From an uncultured virus (IMG/VR IMGVR_UViG_3300025015_000025) (Duplodnaviria > Heunggongvirae > Uroviricota > Caudoviricetes), in IMG/VR virus record IMGVR_UViG_3300025015_000025, positions 1 through 64,000 of that record: a DNA stretch of 64,000 bases; one strand, given 5' to 3'. The stretch's first letter is position 1, and every line of letters begins with the position of its first letter. Below, piece by piece: positions 9,975 to 19,917 of this stretch. A program made the translations under genes and the position numbers. The notes under the pieces are model-generated. The model did not search any database. It was not told the origin of the DNA and was given only the letters and a program-made list of their open reading frames with translations.

Positions 9975-10354
9975 AGCCGTTGACCATCAAAGAGCGGCAT
10001 TATATCATCTTCTGGACAAGGCATTTGAACACCGAGGAGGATCCCGAGGGCAAGGATATCCGTCTGGCCACGGGACGATTCGATCAACACGGGGCGGAAA
10101 TCTACGAGGGCAATATGGTGAGGGTCACATGCGATGGTGAACCCAACGTAGACGGCAAGGAATTCCTGATCTATTGGGATACCAACCTCTGCGGGTTCTG
10201 GTTCTGGGATCGCGCCTTGCCAGGCCCGCTGGAGTTGACGTATAATCTGTGGTCCGTGAACCCTGTCCTGGAAATCGCGCAACGAATCAAGACGGATACA
10301 CCCCAAGGATCCGCTCAGACCTTTGGGGAGTTACCAGGACCCCAGGACAATTAG
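9971..10354 (+). CDS. YopX-family protein
   Basis: TGRFDQHGAEIYEGNMV resembles the YopX motif TGLKDKNGKEIYEGDIV. Confidence 0.65.
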   Translation: MKPLTIKERHYIIFWTRHLNTEEDPEGKDIRLATGRFDQHGAEIYEGNMVRVTCDGEPNVDGKEFLIYWDTNLCGFWFWDRALPGPLELTYNLWSVNPVLEIAQRIKTDTPQGSAQTFGELPGPQDN

Positions 10355-11000
10355 GAGGGAAGGTGAAACGCCAAAACGAGAAGCCTGCCTTCAAGGCACA
10401 GATAAGCACGCCACACCAACAGGATACTCCCATTGGGCAACCCATGGTTCCGTGCGGATTCTGCCAGAGCTTCCGCCCCGTCCACGTAGCCCACGAGATC
10501 AACGTCGGGCATTGCAAGTTGCCCCGAGGCGTTTACTTTGACAATGTGTGCGAAGTGGAGGGCACGTTCGAGGGCACGGGAATCGCTGCCTGCAACGAGG
10601 ACTATGTGCGCCGCGTCCTCACCCATAGAATCATGCGCACCACGGACGGTTGCGTAGAAGGAAAACTTAAGGAGAGTCCTCATGCTTAGAGCCCCTCATC
10701 AAGCCAATGGCATCCAGCGTCGGAATCGAGCCCGTCAGTTAGCCAAACGGAGAGGAGAACAACCTTCCCGCCAAAAGCCGTTGGGAGCAACCTCGCATAT
10801 CCTGCGCCCCTTCGATAGCCAACGCTCCTGGTATCGTTACCTATCCCGGATGATGAAAGCACGCAAAATTACCACCTACCTTCTTAGACGGCATAAAAAA
10901 GTCATGGATGACTTGCGCGGGTTCAAGCCCGCAGTCTTTGACCTTCCGCTCGTGGTCACACCGTCGTCCTACTTCGCCAATAAGCATTAGCAAAGTAATC

Positions 11001-11714
11001 ATGCCTTGGTTGAAGCGGGCTTATGACGTATATCTGCTGATGCAGGCAGAAGGTACAACCCCTCATGCAGTTAGTGACTTTGTCGAGCATGTGGAGCCGA
11101 TTGTCCTGTCCACCCTACGGCCATTCCTACGTTTGTCCGGTGTACGGGACGGAACCGACGATGACATGATGCAGGCGGCACGTTTGCGGATTGTCGAGAA
11201 ATTACCCAAGATTCTGAGCACGCAATTGGAGTCCAAGGAGCAATTATTCAAGTACCTTGAGTTGCTTTGCCGCAATGCCATGAAAAACGAATTCGGACGG
11301 TTTGAGTGGTGGTGCCCCATCCTGCCGGAGTACATCAAGCCGCCGACGGAATTATCCCGAGAGGAAGTCGCCGCGTTCAACCGGGAACTGGTGACCTTTG
11401 TGCTGGCCGGATTCCCCCAACGGGAACGGGACTTAGCCCGCTATGTCCTACGCCAACGCATCTTGGGACGCACGGTCAGCCGGTTCCTGGTCCTGCGCTT
11501 GCGGTGCAGTCCACAGTGTAAGGCGCACTGCCGCGCCCTCAAAGCCGTACAGGGAGGTCAGTGCGCCAGCCTGTTGGTGGAGGCCACCGTGGATCTGCGC
11601 ATCCGACGCTACTTAGCGGATTTGTACCGGCACGTCTGGGAGAAAACGAGAGACACAGGCACGGGCCGGGAGAATGTGACGGAGAGCGCAACGCCTGAAA
11701 GTGAGCCTCGTTAA
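11001..11714 (+). CDS. RNA polymerase sigma factor-like protein
   Basis: Region-2-like DDMMQAARLRIVEKLPK...FKYLELLCRNAMKNE; region-4-like FPQRERDL. Confidence 0.55.
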   Translation: MPWLKRAYDVYLLMQAEGTTPHAVSDFVEHVEPIVLSTLRPFLRLSGVRDGTDDDMMQAARLRIVEKLPKILSTQLESKEQLFKYLELLCRNAMKNEFGRFEWWCPILPEYIKPPTELSREEVAAFNRELVTFVLAGFPQRERDLARYVLRQRILGRTVSRFLVLRLRCSPQCKAHCRALKAVQGGQCASLLVEATVDLRIRRYLADLYRHVWEKTRDTGTGRENVTESATPESEPR

Positions 11715-11995
11715 TGTTTCCCGATCCAATAAACTACAGGTCTCTCAGGATTGTCTTTCCCTACCCGGGAGGATTCGAGTGGCAGTATTACATCCCTGGA
11801 GGAATGTATTGGGTTCCAGTGCAGATTCCTTGGTCGAGTACCCCCGAACCAGCAGTTGTCTATCCTTGGGATGGCGAACCAAGGCTGTGATATAATGAAG
11901 CTCTCACAAATCATCACTGCTATTTTTCCTACCTTTGCCCTGGAGCCCTGTCGCCCCAGGCTTTTTTGTGCTTATGCGTCGGAGCGCAACGTGAG

Positions 11996-13120
11996 ATGAC
12001 CCAAAGCATGGAAGTTCTAATCTATGAAGTGAGAAAATCATCCTCTCCAGGATCAATGAAATTCTTAATAGTTCCTACATCTAACGGTCTTGCTGTTGTC
12101 CCAGCGGAGCTACGCAAAAGCCTCGGGGAATTGGTTTTTTTCACAAAGCTATCGTTGAATAAGGGAGAAAAACGAATTGCTCTTGATGTTGATAATGTTC
12201 TTCTCCAGATTCAAGAAAAAGGATATGGTGTTCAGGAAAACATTCCTTCAGGCTATAGGGCTACTCCTTCGCGAACGGAAATTATCACCGAAATTCAGAG
12301 CATGATACGGCTTGCAACCGCACGTGGCGTAAGTGAGCACAGCCAATACAATACGAATTGCGTAGTGCGCTTGGGGAATGGATTGATCGCGGCCATACAC
12401 GGGCTGGTATGGAGCGGTGATGCGGAAACTGTTTTATTCAGTATCCACGAGGCCTTGCGCGCCCAAAATGATCAAGACCATCTATTGGTCTGCTTAGTCT
12501 GTGGCTGGAGAGGATCTGAGGCGAGTCGGAGGGCCACGTACTTTCAACAGACCGTGTGCGCTGGTCCCATGGCTCTTCCTCCGGACCCAAATGTTCATTT
12601 CTACGAAATGGGACATGGAGCGGCATGGGACTGCGGTCCGGTCGTTACAGATATTGGCCAGCAGGTATCTCATATCGACTGCACTCATTCTCTCTACAAT
12701 GTGCGTCGTGAACATTACCAGAAATACGGGCCGTTGTACACGCTGGATGAAGAGATTCTAAAGCGGGAGCCTGATATAGACTTCGTTTGTGAACTTCTAA
12801 AAACTCGCGGTTCCCTAACAAAATATTGCAGAAAGGTGGTTCATGAAAAGGAGAGGCAAGTTATGCTCAACGAAATGAAACTGCAAATGGAAGCTACTTT
12901 GGCGAAGTTTGTCTTTCAAGATTCCACTAAGACTACTTGGCGAAAAATGGAGGATGCACTGGAAACTATCCCTGGCGTGCAGATTGCAAAAGTCTGGCAC
13001 GTCAGCGGGACATCGCTGGAAGGGTTCATTATTTGCGCCAAAGGCCGGAACCGCATTGACTTCACCGTCCGTCCCGTTGGCGTTGACGTAACCCTGCTGG
13101 AAGAGAGTACCACGTCTTAG
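11996..13120 (+). CDS. chimeric protein: N-terminal YcgL-like domain, unknown middle, C-terminal tail-sheath-like fragment
   Basis: IYEVRKS...VPAELRKSLG...RIALDVDNVLLQIQEKGY.VQ (YcgL-like); C-terminus aligns with the sheath C-terminus in this window. Confidence 0.6.
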   Translation: MTQSMEVLIYEVRKSSSPGSMKFLIVPTSNGLAVVPAELRKSLGELVFFTKLSLNKGEKRIALDVDNVLLQIQEKGYGVQENIPSGYRATPSRTEIITEIQSMIRLATARGVSEHSQYNTNCVVRLGNGLIAAIHGLVWSGDAETVLFSIHEALRAQNDQDHLLVCLVCGWRGSEASRRATYFQQTVCAGPMALPPDPNVHFYEMGHGAAWDCGPVVTDIGQQVSHIDCTHSLYNVRREHYQKYGPLYTLDEEILKREPDIDFVCELLKTRGSLTKYCRKVVHEKERQVMLNEMKLQMEATLAKFVFQDSTKTTWRKMEDALETIPGVQIAKVWHVSGTSLEGFIICAKGRNRIDFTVRPVGVDVTLLEESTTS

Positions 13121-13149
13121 TTGACAAACTCGCTAAACTATGGTATAGT
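13121..13149 (+). promoter_or_regulatory. sigma70 promoter, probably leaderless transcript
   Basis: TTGACA-17-TATAGT; 6 nt separate the -10 from the ATG; no RBS. Confidence 0.8.
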
Positions 13150-13155
13150 ACAGCC

Positions 13156-13479
13156 ATGAAACAATGTCCTCGCTGTGGAGCGCCGTATGACAGGGACGTG
13201 CTGGTGGGGATCTCGGGCAACACGTTCGGGCGCAAGTTTTCCTGCGGGACTATCGTCGGGCCAGCCGTGCAGGATATCAGCACACCTCCCGATGGGGTTA
13301 CCGTGCTGTGGGCCGCCTGTGCGTATTTCGTGCAACGGGCTGCCCAGATAGACTCGCAGGTGGAGCAAATATTTCGAGCTGCGACATTCAACGCCTCCTC
13401 CTGGTACGAATCGGCATCTGGTGTTGCGCAGTTGACTAAAGCCGAACAGGAGCGCGTGTTACAAATCATTCGACTCTGA
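13156..13479 (+). CDS. hypothetical zinc-ribbon protein
   Basis: CPRCG...CGT...C; first gene after the promoter. Confidence 0.6.
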   Translation: MKQCPRCGAPYDRDVLVGISGNTFGRKFSCGTIVGPAVQDISTPPDGVTVLWAACAYFVQRAAQIDSQVEQIFRAATFNASSWYESASGVAQLTKAEQERVLQIIRL

Positions 13480-13496
13480 TAGAGACAGGAGGGACT

Positions 13497-13853
13497 ATGT
13501 GGATTTCCCGTAAGGATTACGACCTGCTGCTGATATCGGGAATGCGGTTGAAGCAGGAGAACGAGACGCTCTTGCAGCGTGTCGCTGAGATGGAGGCGGA
13601 AGCGTCCAGGTTGCGGAAGGGCTATGAGCGGAATTTCTACGCTGTGGAGAGTGACGACGGCGGCAATACGGTCAGCACCATTGTCTCCTCCCGTTCCGCG
13701 CGTGTGCGGGATGCTTGGGTGGCCTCTAAGCCTTCCACTCGGTTGGGCGTCTCGGCTGGTCACGCTAAGGTCATAGAGGCACTTCATTTGGGAAAAGTGC
13801 CCTCTTTGGACCCGACCAAGGAATCTCAGAGCGCGCAGTTGCGGTTATTTTGA
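13497..13853 (+). CDS. hypothetical coiled-coil protein
   Basis: RBS AGGAGGG. Confidence 0.6.
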   Translation: MWISRKDYDLLLISGMRLKQENETLLQRVAEMEAEASRLRKGYERNFYAVESDDGGNTVSTIVSSRSARVRDAWVASKPSTRLGVSAGHAKVIEALHLGKVPSLDPTKESQSAQLRLF

Positions 13854-13887
13854 CCCATATGGTTGATGCGCCTGCTGTGAGGGCAAA

Positions 13888-14169
13888 ATGACAGACACGC
13901 TGGAGGCCTTCTCCGTACGTGCCGAGCGCTTGTTGGACCGGTTATTCCTTGGCAAGCACCATGTTCCCAAGATCAAGAAAGAGAACGTGGAGACGCCGTT
14001 TGAACGCTGGGAGGTCAACGACTCCGGGGACTGGTCTACCTTTGACTTTGAACGGCTGACCCGGCTCGTGATCTTAGCCCATGATGAGTGCATACGCGCC
14101 TCCATCTGTCCCAGCGGTCCACGCCATGCACGCCCGATCCCAATGCTTGCCCTCGTTGGCCGTCTTTGA
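13888..14169 (+). CDS. phage hypothetical protein, apparently truncated
   Basis: STFDFERLTRLVILAHDECIR motif; runs into the Thg1 fragment. Confidence 0.5.
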   Translation: MTDTLEAFSVRAERLLDRLFLGKHHVPKIKKENVETPFERWEVNDSGDWSTFDFERLTRLVILAHDECIRASICPSGPRHARPIPMLALVGRL

Positions 14170-14521
14170 CGCCAGGGCATTCTCCGTACCCGTGGATGAC
14201 GTTGTGAACGTCTTCCTGTGGCGGGCCAAAGATTGGGAACGCAACAGCATCCAGATGTACGCGCACAGCCTGTTCAGCCATAAGCAGCTCCACAAGAAGA
14301 ACATTGGCGCGATGCATGAGATGTTGCATTCTGTCGGCAAGAACTGGACTACGAATCTATCCGACCGGGAACGTAACGGCGCGTTCCTGATCCGGCGTTC
14401 CGGCGGAGGCATCGAAGTCCGAACGGATATCCTTCCAACGTTCCCAAGCGTCCAAGCGGCTATAGGTGGCCTTTTCACCTTTGACGCGGATAAGAAGCCA
14501 AATGCGCCGGGGATGCCGTGA
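14140..14521 (+). pseudogene. tRNA(His) guanylyltransferase Thg1-like C-terminal fragment
   Basis: VFDARAFSVP..DVVNVFLWRAKDWERNSIQM.A.SLFSHKQLH.K...NW...G; the N-terminal catalytic RxDG/SDE motifs are absent. Confidence 0.7.
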
Positions 14522-14749
14522 ACCGTCCCGAACTCGGCGTCAAGCAATTTGTCGCCGTCGTGCAAAACCGGCGAGGTGGGAAGTTCATGGTATTTGCCAC
14601 AGGTAGTTCTAAGCACTACCTGTTCTCCCCCTTGGACCAATATGGGTGTGCAACCTGCATGAGCTTTCCTGTTCTGAAAGCCAACCTCCGTCCCGAGATC
14701 CGAAGAGCCCTTGCACACGGATGGGGCAATGCCTCCTTGTAATATCTAC

Positions 14750-14778
14750 TTGACAAACAGAAAAAGGCGTGGTACAAT
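14750..14778 (+). promoter_or_regulatory. sigma70 promoter
   Basis: TTGACA-17-TACAAT with TG extension. Confidence 0.85.
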
Positions 14779-14807
14779 ACGGCCATAGAGACTACAAGGA
14801 GGCTCAT

Positions 14808-15038
14808 ATGAACGGAACGACGAAAATGACCCTCGATCAAATCTGCGAGCAGGAGCACTTGTACCGCCGGGAGGATCTGCCGGTCTGGTGTGAGAAGAAA
14901 CTCCTCGCGGCCGGTGTGCGCGTACCCGTGCGGTTGACGGGCACAATCTGGGCGTACTCCAACGATCTTGGGCAGGTGTGGATCGCCACCACCATGCAGG
15001 GTTGGGCACGGTCGCTGTCCGTCCGGATGCTGTACTAA
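14808..15038 (+). CDS. hypothetical protein
   Basis: RBS AAGGAGG after the promoter. Confidence 0.65.
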   Translation: MNGTTKMTLDQICEQEHLYRREDLPVWCEKKLLAAGVRVPVRLTGTIWAYSNDLGQVWIATTMQGWARSLSVRMLY

Positions 15039-15048
15039 GGAGGCTATC

Positions 15049-15549
15049 ATGTCAACCAAAAAGAAAACCTACCCTTGCCCCTCATGCAGGAAGCCCATCC
15101 CGGTTACGGAGTTCTTCTCCGGCGACGATTTTGTACTCGACGAGTACGGTGACGATGGGGATAGTGCAACGCTTTGGTACAAGGGAAAGCTCGCCCTCGG
15201 CAACAGTGAAGGCGCTAAACAAGGAACGTGCGTAAAGTGCAGGCTGCCAATCCTCGTCAGCGCCACCATGCACATCACGCAGACAACGGAATTTTCGGTT
15301 GGAAAGGACCCTGCGCGGGACCGCTTGTTCACCGCCAAGGATTTTCCGGCCTGGGCGTGGGATAAACTGACGGAGAATTTGAAAAGCACCACAGGTACGG
15401 ACATGCCTGCCATCTTCCTGTACAAGGACATCTTGGGCCGGATATTGTTTACCGGCGATGGCCTGCGCGCCAAGCTGTGGCGGACGAGGGGCGGTGAAGC
15501 TTTTCCAAAAGACCTGCCTCCGTCTGCGCCAAAGGACGGGGCACGCTAA
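15049..15549 (+). CDS. hypothetical zinc-ribbon protein
   Basis: RBS AAGGAGG; CPSC...CVKC. Confidence 0.6.
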   Translation: MSTKKKTYPCPSCRKPIPVTEFFSGDDFVLDEYGDDGDSATLWYKGKLALGNSEGAKQGTCVKCRLPILVSATMHITQTTEFSVGKDPARDRLFTAKDFPAWAWDKLTENLKSTTGTDMPAIFLYKDILGRILFTGDGLRAKLWRTRGGEAFPKDLPPSAPKDGAR

Positions 15550-16238
15550 TGGCCTACGTCGTTCTGCAATCCGAGGTAGGCCTGTATACCGTCGGGTTTT
15601 ACTCTCCTGACGGAACGTGGCATCCCGTAAAGGATTGCGCGTCTTCCGAAGAAGCACAACGACACGCGCATTATCTGAATGGGGGAAGCTCTCAAACAGG
15701 GAACGAGGCGAAGAAAACTAAAGTGCCCTCCAAGTCGCAAGTTCTCGCGCCGAAGATGTTGGATTTTATCCAGAGATGGCGTGAAATCATTGACGGAGGA
15801 GGCAAGGGTGCGGAACAGTGGGCAGAGGACTTTGACACGGAAGCTCAGGCGATACTGAAGAAAGTACGCAGGAATCACTTGGGAGAAGATGCTGAGATCA
15901 TCACAATCTTTGAATTTGCCTGCGGGTGCAAAGTGACCCGACGCGATAGGACCACCCTTGTTTCCATGTCCTATTGCGCAACGCACGAGAACCCATCGAA
16001 GGGGGTCAGGAATCAGTTTATCGGGGAGATAGAGTTGCTATCCTTTATCAAGTCACTGGATGACCGGTTGCGAGCACTGTGTGTGCAAGCGCATATCCTA
16101 GCTAATGAACATGCAGCCGGGTTGGCCATTAGTGATGGCGCGTGGAAGGACCTCTTGGATTTGGCCTGCGAGGGGTTCAAGGCGTCCGATACCTACCATG
16201 CTGCGTTGATAACTTCGGCATCCAAGGCCAAAGGATAG
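15549..16238 (+). CDS. hypothetical protein (probable fusion)
   Basis: N-terminal YTVGFYSPDGTW...HYLNGG module followed by an unrelated extension. Confidence 0.55.
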   Translation: MAYVVLQSEVGLYTVGFYSPDGTWHPVKDCASSEEAQRHAHYLNGGSSQTGNEAKKTKVPSKSQVLAPKMLDFIQRWREIIDGGGKGAEQWAEDFDTEAQAILKKVRRNHLGEDAEIITIFEFACGCKVTRRDRTTLVSMSYCATHENPSKGVRNQFIGEIELLSFIKSLDDRLRALCVQAHILANEHAAGLAISDGAWKDLLDLACEGFKASDTYHAALITSASKAKG

Positions 16239-16245
16239 TCCCGTC

Positions 16246-16716
16246 ATGGCCATGAGGCTCATTGATGCGATCAAAGTTGTCCAGGACCCGTTCCGGGGTA
16301 TTCAGCACTCGGCACAGAAGATCGCTTGGGCGGAAGAAGCAATTCGCGCCAGGGATTTGGACCCGGAAACCTACCGGAATTGGGTGCGCCCTAAAGCCCT
16401 AAACCGGAGTCTGCAAAATCCACGCACGAGGACACGCATGTACAGCATCCAGCGACAACTCCTGCTTGATCCACGATCCCGTACCGTCGTATCCGCCGAG
16501 GTCACGGAAGTACTTCGGCTTGCCGGACCTGATACACCAGTGACCAGTGTGCTATTTGGCCGAATGTACCAGGTCAGTTCCGGCGGTCGTCGCTTGCGCA
16601 GGCTATGCTTCCGGGATCGTAAGGTCGCCGAGAAACTTCTCTTAGCAGACAAGTCTATCCTGCGGGAAGTGGAGATGGCCTGTACGGTATCCGATTGCAG
16701 GGCGGCAATGGCATGA
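16246..16716 (+). CDS. hypothetical protein
   Basis: ORF in operon context. Confidence 0.5.
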   Translation: MAMRLIDAIKVVQDPFRGIQHSAQKIAWAEEAIRARDLDPETYRNWVRPKALNRSLQNPRTRTRMYSIQRQLLLDPRSRTVVSAEVTEVLRLAGPDTPVTSVLFGRMYQVSSGGRRLRRLCFRDRKVAEKLLLADKSILREVEMACTVSDCRAAMA

Positions 16717-17166
16717 ATGGCTTGTCAATGGGGTCCATCGAGTCCAAGTTCATTGCTGCCACTCTTGAACAAGGAAAGAATGCTTCTTCTGAGGATATGG
16801 CGGAACACTACGGTCGGCTGTGCATTGCCTGTGTAATGGGCAATTTGGCGCTTCAAGATATCGCTCCCGTGTATGCTCGCATTGCCTATCGGTTCGCGGA
16901 GAAGGCTACACCCAATTTCGCCTTGCGCGGCTTTGAGATGTTCTCCGTGCTATTGCAACATCACTATGGATGGGTGCGTTATGACGTGGAAGCTCGCATG
17001 TTAGCGGAGGCAGCGTATATAGCCGTGCGCCGGAGTCACACCTTCCTGACGGATACCAACCACACCTACACGGCGGGCGAACGGACGATGCCGATAGGCG
17101 GTAGGACAATGACCTGGACTTCGGACATGATTCGACGCTATGTCGCGGCGTGTCAGAAGGCACCAC

Positions 17167-17967
17167 GTGGCTGACCAGGCTCCCGTAGCGTGGTCCGAGA
17201 ACTCGGTCTTGGACCGGCTGACGTACCTTTTCCCTGAGACGTCCCATGTGATCCTGCGTGGTGTACGCAATGCCACCGGCTTTCCACGTCAGGTCCGCAC
17301 GGCGGATGCCCTGGTCCTGTCCACCTGGCCCTCACGGGGCCTCTGGATGGCGGGTGTGGAAGTGAAAATATCCAAGAGTGACTATCGCAAGGAGCTGGAG
17401 GATCCCACGAAGGCGCATGAGTTTCATCGCTTCTGCCATTTCTGGTACGTGGCGACGCCCAAGGGGCTCCTCGACGGGTTGGTCATACCGGAGACGTGGG
17501 GCCACATTGAGGTCCAGAAGGATCGCGCCAAAGTAGTAAAGACACCAATTCAGCAGACCCCTATCCCGATCACCATGGCATTCCTCTGTTCTATCTTGCG
17601 CCAAGTGTCCGAAGGCTATATTTCTAAAGAAACCTTGAACACCCGCATTGCGGAGGAAGCGGAACGGCAAAATAAGCGGCTTAAAGAGCACCTGGAATAC
17701 GAGTACAAGAAATTGAAAGAGAACGTAGAACACTTCGAGAATCTCTCCGGCGTCAAGCTTGCCAAGAGTTGGGAACTGTGCAACATCGGTCCTGCCGTGC
17801 GCTTTGTCGTCAACTCCGGCCTGTTGCGCGGTGAGAGTATGATGGAACGCCTTCTGGAATCTTGCGAGCGTAGTGCCAAGGATATCCGAGAGGCGTTGGA
17901 GGAGTTTCGTAAAGCATCTCCGGAGAATCACTCTGTTGGAGGAGCCAATGGTCCTGACCAGGGTTGA
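17167..17967 (+). CDS. MmcB-like PD-(D/E)XK nuclease family protein
   Basis: RTADAL...GVEVKISKSDY..EL..P.K...FCHFWYVATP.GL...IPETWG. Confidence 0.75.
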   Translation: MADQAPVAWSENSVLDRLTYLFPETSHVILRGVRNATGFPRQVRTADALVLSTWPSRGLWMAGVEVKISKSDYRKELEDPTKAHEFHRFCHFWYVATPKGLLDGLVIPETWGHIEVQKDRAKVVKTPIQQTPIPITMAFLCSILRQVSEGYISKETLNTRIAEEAERQNKRLKEHLEYEYKKLKENVEHFENLSGVKLAKSWELCNIGPAVRFVVNSGLLRGESMMERLLESCERSAKDIREALEEFRKASPENHSVGGANGPDQG

Positions 17968-18568
17968 CGCCCTCAAAGAGCATCTTTGCCTGGTGTGCAA
18001 AAGCTATCATCCACGGGAGGGCAAAGACTACGGGAAATGCGACACGGTACAGATGGTGGTGCAGGAGACCATGACGTGCGAGAAATGGAGACTAAAAGAA
18101 TGACTGACGCTTTCTGGACCGCCGCCGAGAACTTTCTGGAAGAGCTTAAGGCCGAGTGCCTTAGTGTCCTGCATGGTGACCAACGGTATAAAATCTCCGT
18201 GTCTGCCTGCGCCCACGACATTCAAATCATGGTCTGGCGGGAGCACAAGAAACCTATCCTGGTGCGGTTGAAGCCGGATGACGCACGCGCCATGGCCGAG
18301 AAGATGTTGGCTCTATTGGAGCCCCCAACATGTGGAACCGAGTGAGACGGGCGTGCCACACCAACGAGCCTCAGAGCACCACGGTCATCGCGTTGACGTT
18401 GTTGAACATCGCGGCCGTGCTTAGAAATCCCCATCCGTCATGGTGGGTGTACGTATTGGCTGTGCTGATTTATCCTGCTATCGCGTTCACCGCCAATCTG
18501 CTGGACCCTATCCCTTGCCGGAGGTTATCTGACCATGAGCAAATCTAAGCACGAGATGCCCGTGACCG

Positions 18569-19045
18569 TTGATGTGCGATTCTGCTGTTGGCCGCACTTT
18601 CTGGAGTTCTGGCAACCCGCCTTATGCTTTCCTGGCCGGAGGGATCACCGGATGTGAGGAATGGCAGGCAAAGGTTGTTGAAGCATTGAAAGACGAGCCT
18701 GTCCTGCTGATTAACCCACGACGCGCCAACTTCCCCGTGGAGGACAAGCACGCGGCATTTGACCAGATCAAGTGGGAGTTCTCCTGTTTGGCTTTGGCGG
18801 ATCGGATTCTGTTCTGGTTCGCCAAGGAGCAAATCCAACCCATCGTTCTCTATGAGTTCGGACGGTGGCTGGCCTTGAGCACTAAGCCTTTGTTCGTCGG
18901 TGTGCATCCGGCGTACCCACGTCGTCAGGACGTGTACATTCAAGGGATGTTGGCGTATTCAAGCTTGGAAATTTCCTCCTCCTTGGATGCGCTCATTTGG
19001 CGGGTCAAGAACAACCTACGGCAGGCCCAAGAGTTCGGAAAATAA
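18569..19045 (+). CDS. nucleoside 2-deoxyribosyltransferase-like protein (start uncertain)
   Basis: FLAGGITGCEEWQ, LINPRR, QIKWE, ADRILFWF, PIVLYEFG. Confidence 0.85.
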   Translation: MMCDSAVGRTFWSSGNPPYAFLAGGITGCEEWQAKVVEALKDEPVLLINPRRANFPVEDKHAAFDQIKWEFSCLALADRILFWFAKEQIQPIVLYEFGRWLALSTKPLFVGVHPAYPRRQDVYIQGMLAYSSLEISSSLDALIWRVKNNLRQAQEFGK

Positions 19046-19066
19046 CAACAGTTTAACGGAGGGGAT

Positions 19067-19420
19067 ATGTACATTCGCTACTACCATTTTCGACGGCACT
19101 TCAACGGCATCAACTACTTCGAGTTGTTTCCAGGTGCCCGTGATGCTGAGCCCTTGGGAGGTGTGACGGTTGCCCTGGACAAGGACACGGGGAAGATCGG
19201 GATGGCCGTGTGCTCGCATCGGGATTTCTACAACCGCAAGAAGGGTCGGGAGAAGTCCTATGCCCGGCTGAAAGTGGCATGCCATCAGAATGTGGATGCT
19301 TGCGCCCCATGCATGAAGTTCGTAGACGAACAGGAAGCCGTGATCGGCATTGTCTTGCGCGTCCTCAAATCGCAGAACTCTACGACGCCACTCAAAGCCT
19401 TGCGCGTCCTGTTCGAGTAG
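19067..19420 (+). CDS. hypothetical protein
   Basis: RBS GGAGG; GGVTVA...AVCSHRDFYNRKKGR phage-type motif. Confidence 0.6.
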   Translation: MYIRYYHFRRHFNGINYFELFPGARDAEPLGGVTVALDKDTGKIGMAVCSHRDFYNRKKGREKSYARLKVACHQNVDACAPCMKFVDEQEAVIGIVLRVLKSQNSTTPLKALRVLFE

Positions 19421-19422
19421 CA

Positions 19423-19450
19423 TTGACAAACACGGAAAATCTGCTATAAT
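19423..19450 (+). promoter_or_regulatory. sigma70 promoter
   Basis: TTGACA-16-TATAAT with TG extension. Confidence 0.8.
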
Positions 19451-19481
19451 CGCGTAGTAAATTACTCTAATGGGGGTAGCC

Positions 19482-19895
19482 ATGACGCCTCTGATAGGAC
19501 AGTTCTTGGGCATCGAAGCGGACAAGCCGACGGCGACAGGCCGAGTGTATCCTAAGAGTGTTCTCGCTTCCCTGGTGTGTCAAGCTCGTCAGGATAAAAC
19601 GGATATCCCAGGATTTTACGGTAACCTGACCGACGCTTGGCAACCGCCTTCCGTAGACACGTGCGCTTTCACGGCCAGGAACGTTCGGCTGGAGCGCGAA
19701 CGGCTGGTGTGTGACGTGGCCGTGGTAGACACGCCTGCTGGTCGAAAACTCCGGAAGGACCTCGCCGCCAAGAAGAACGTCCCATTCACGCTGGCCGTCA
19801 CGGCGTCATTACGCAGGGACGCGGAAGGCAGAGAGGTGATTGGTGATGATGTCAAGTTGTGCGGGGTATCCGCCGTGCTGGTCGATGGACAGTGA
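19482..19895 (+). CDS. prohead-protease (gp21-like) paralogue lacking catalytic motifs
   Basis: EADKP...RVYP and VVDTPAG align to the 52055 protease; ELDHP and GVSSR are not retained. Confidence 0.75.
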   Translation: MTPLIGQFLGIEADKPTATGRVYPKSVLASLVCQARQDKTDIPGFYGNLTDAWQPPSVDTCAFTARNVRLERERLVCDVAVVDTPAGRKLRKDLAAKKNVPFTLAVTASLRRDAEGREVIGDDVKLCGVSAVLVDGQ

Positions 19896-19917
19896 CGCAG
19901 TGCATAGGAGGGAATCC

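Noticed and set aside
11714..11896. Apparent non-coding gap as an ncRNA or promoter region
   Set aside because: Filled by a 58-aa ORF (11714-11890) below the track cut-off; the TGATATAAT there lacks a -35 box
17151..17157. TGTCAGA copy in the early region
   Set aside because: Lies within coding sequence; chance occurrences of a 7-mer are expected, so it was not counted as a late promoter
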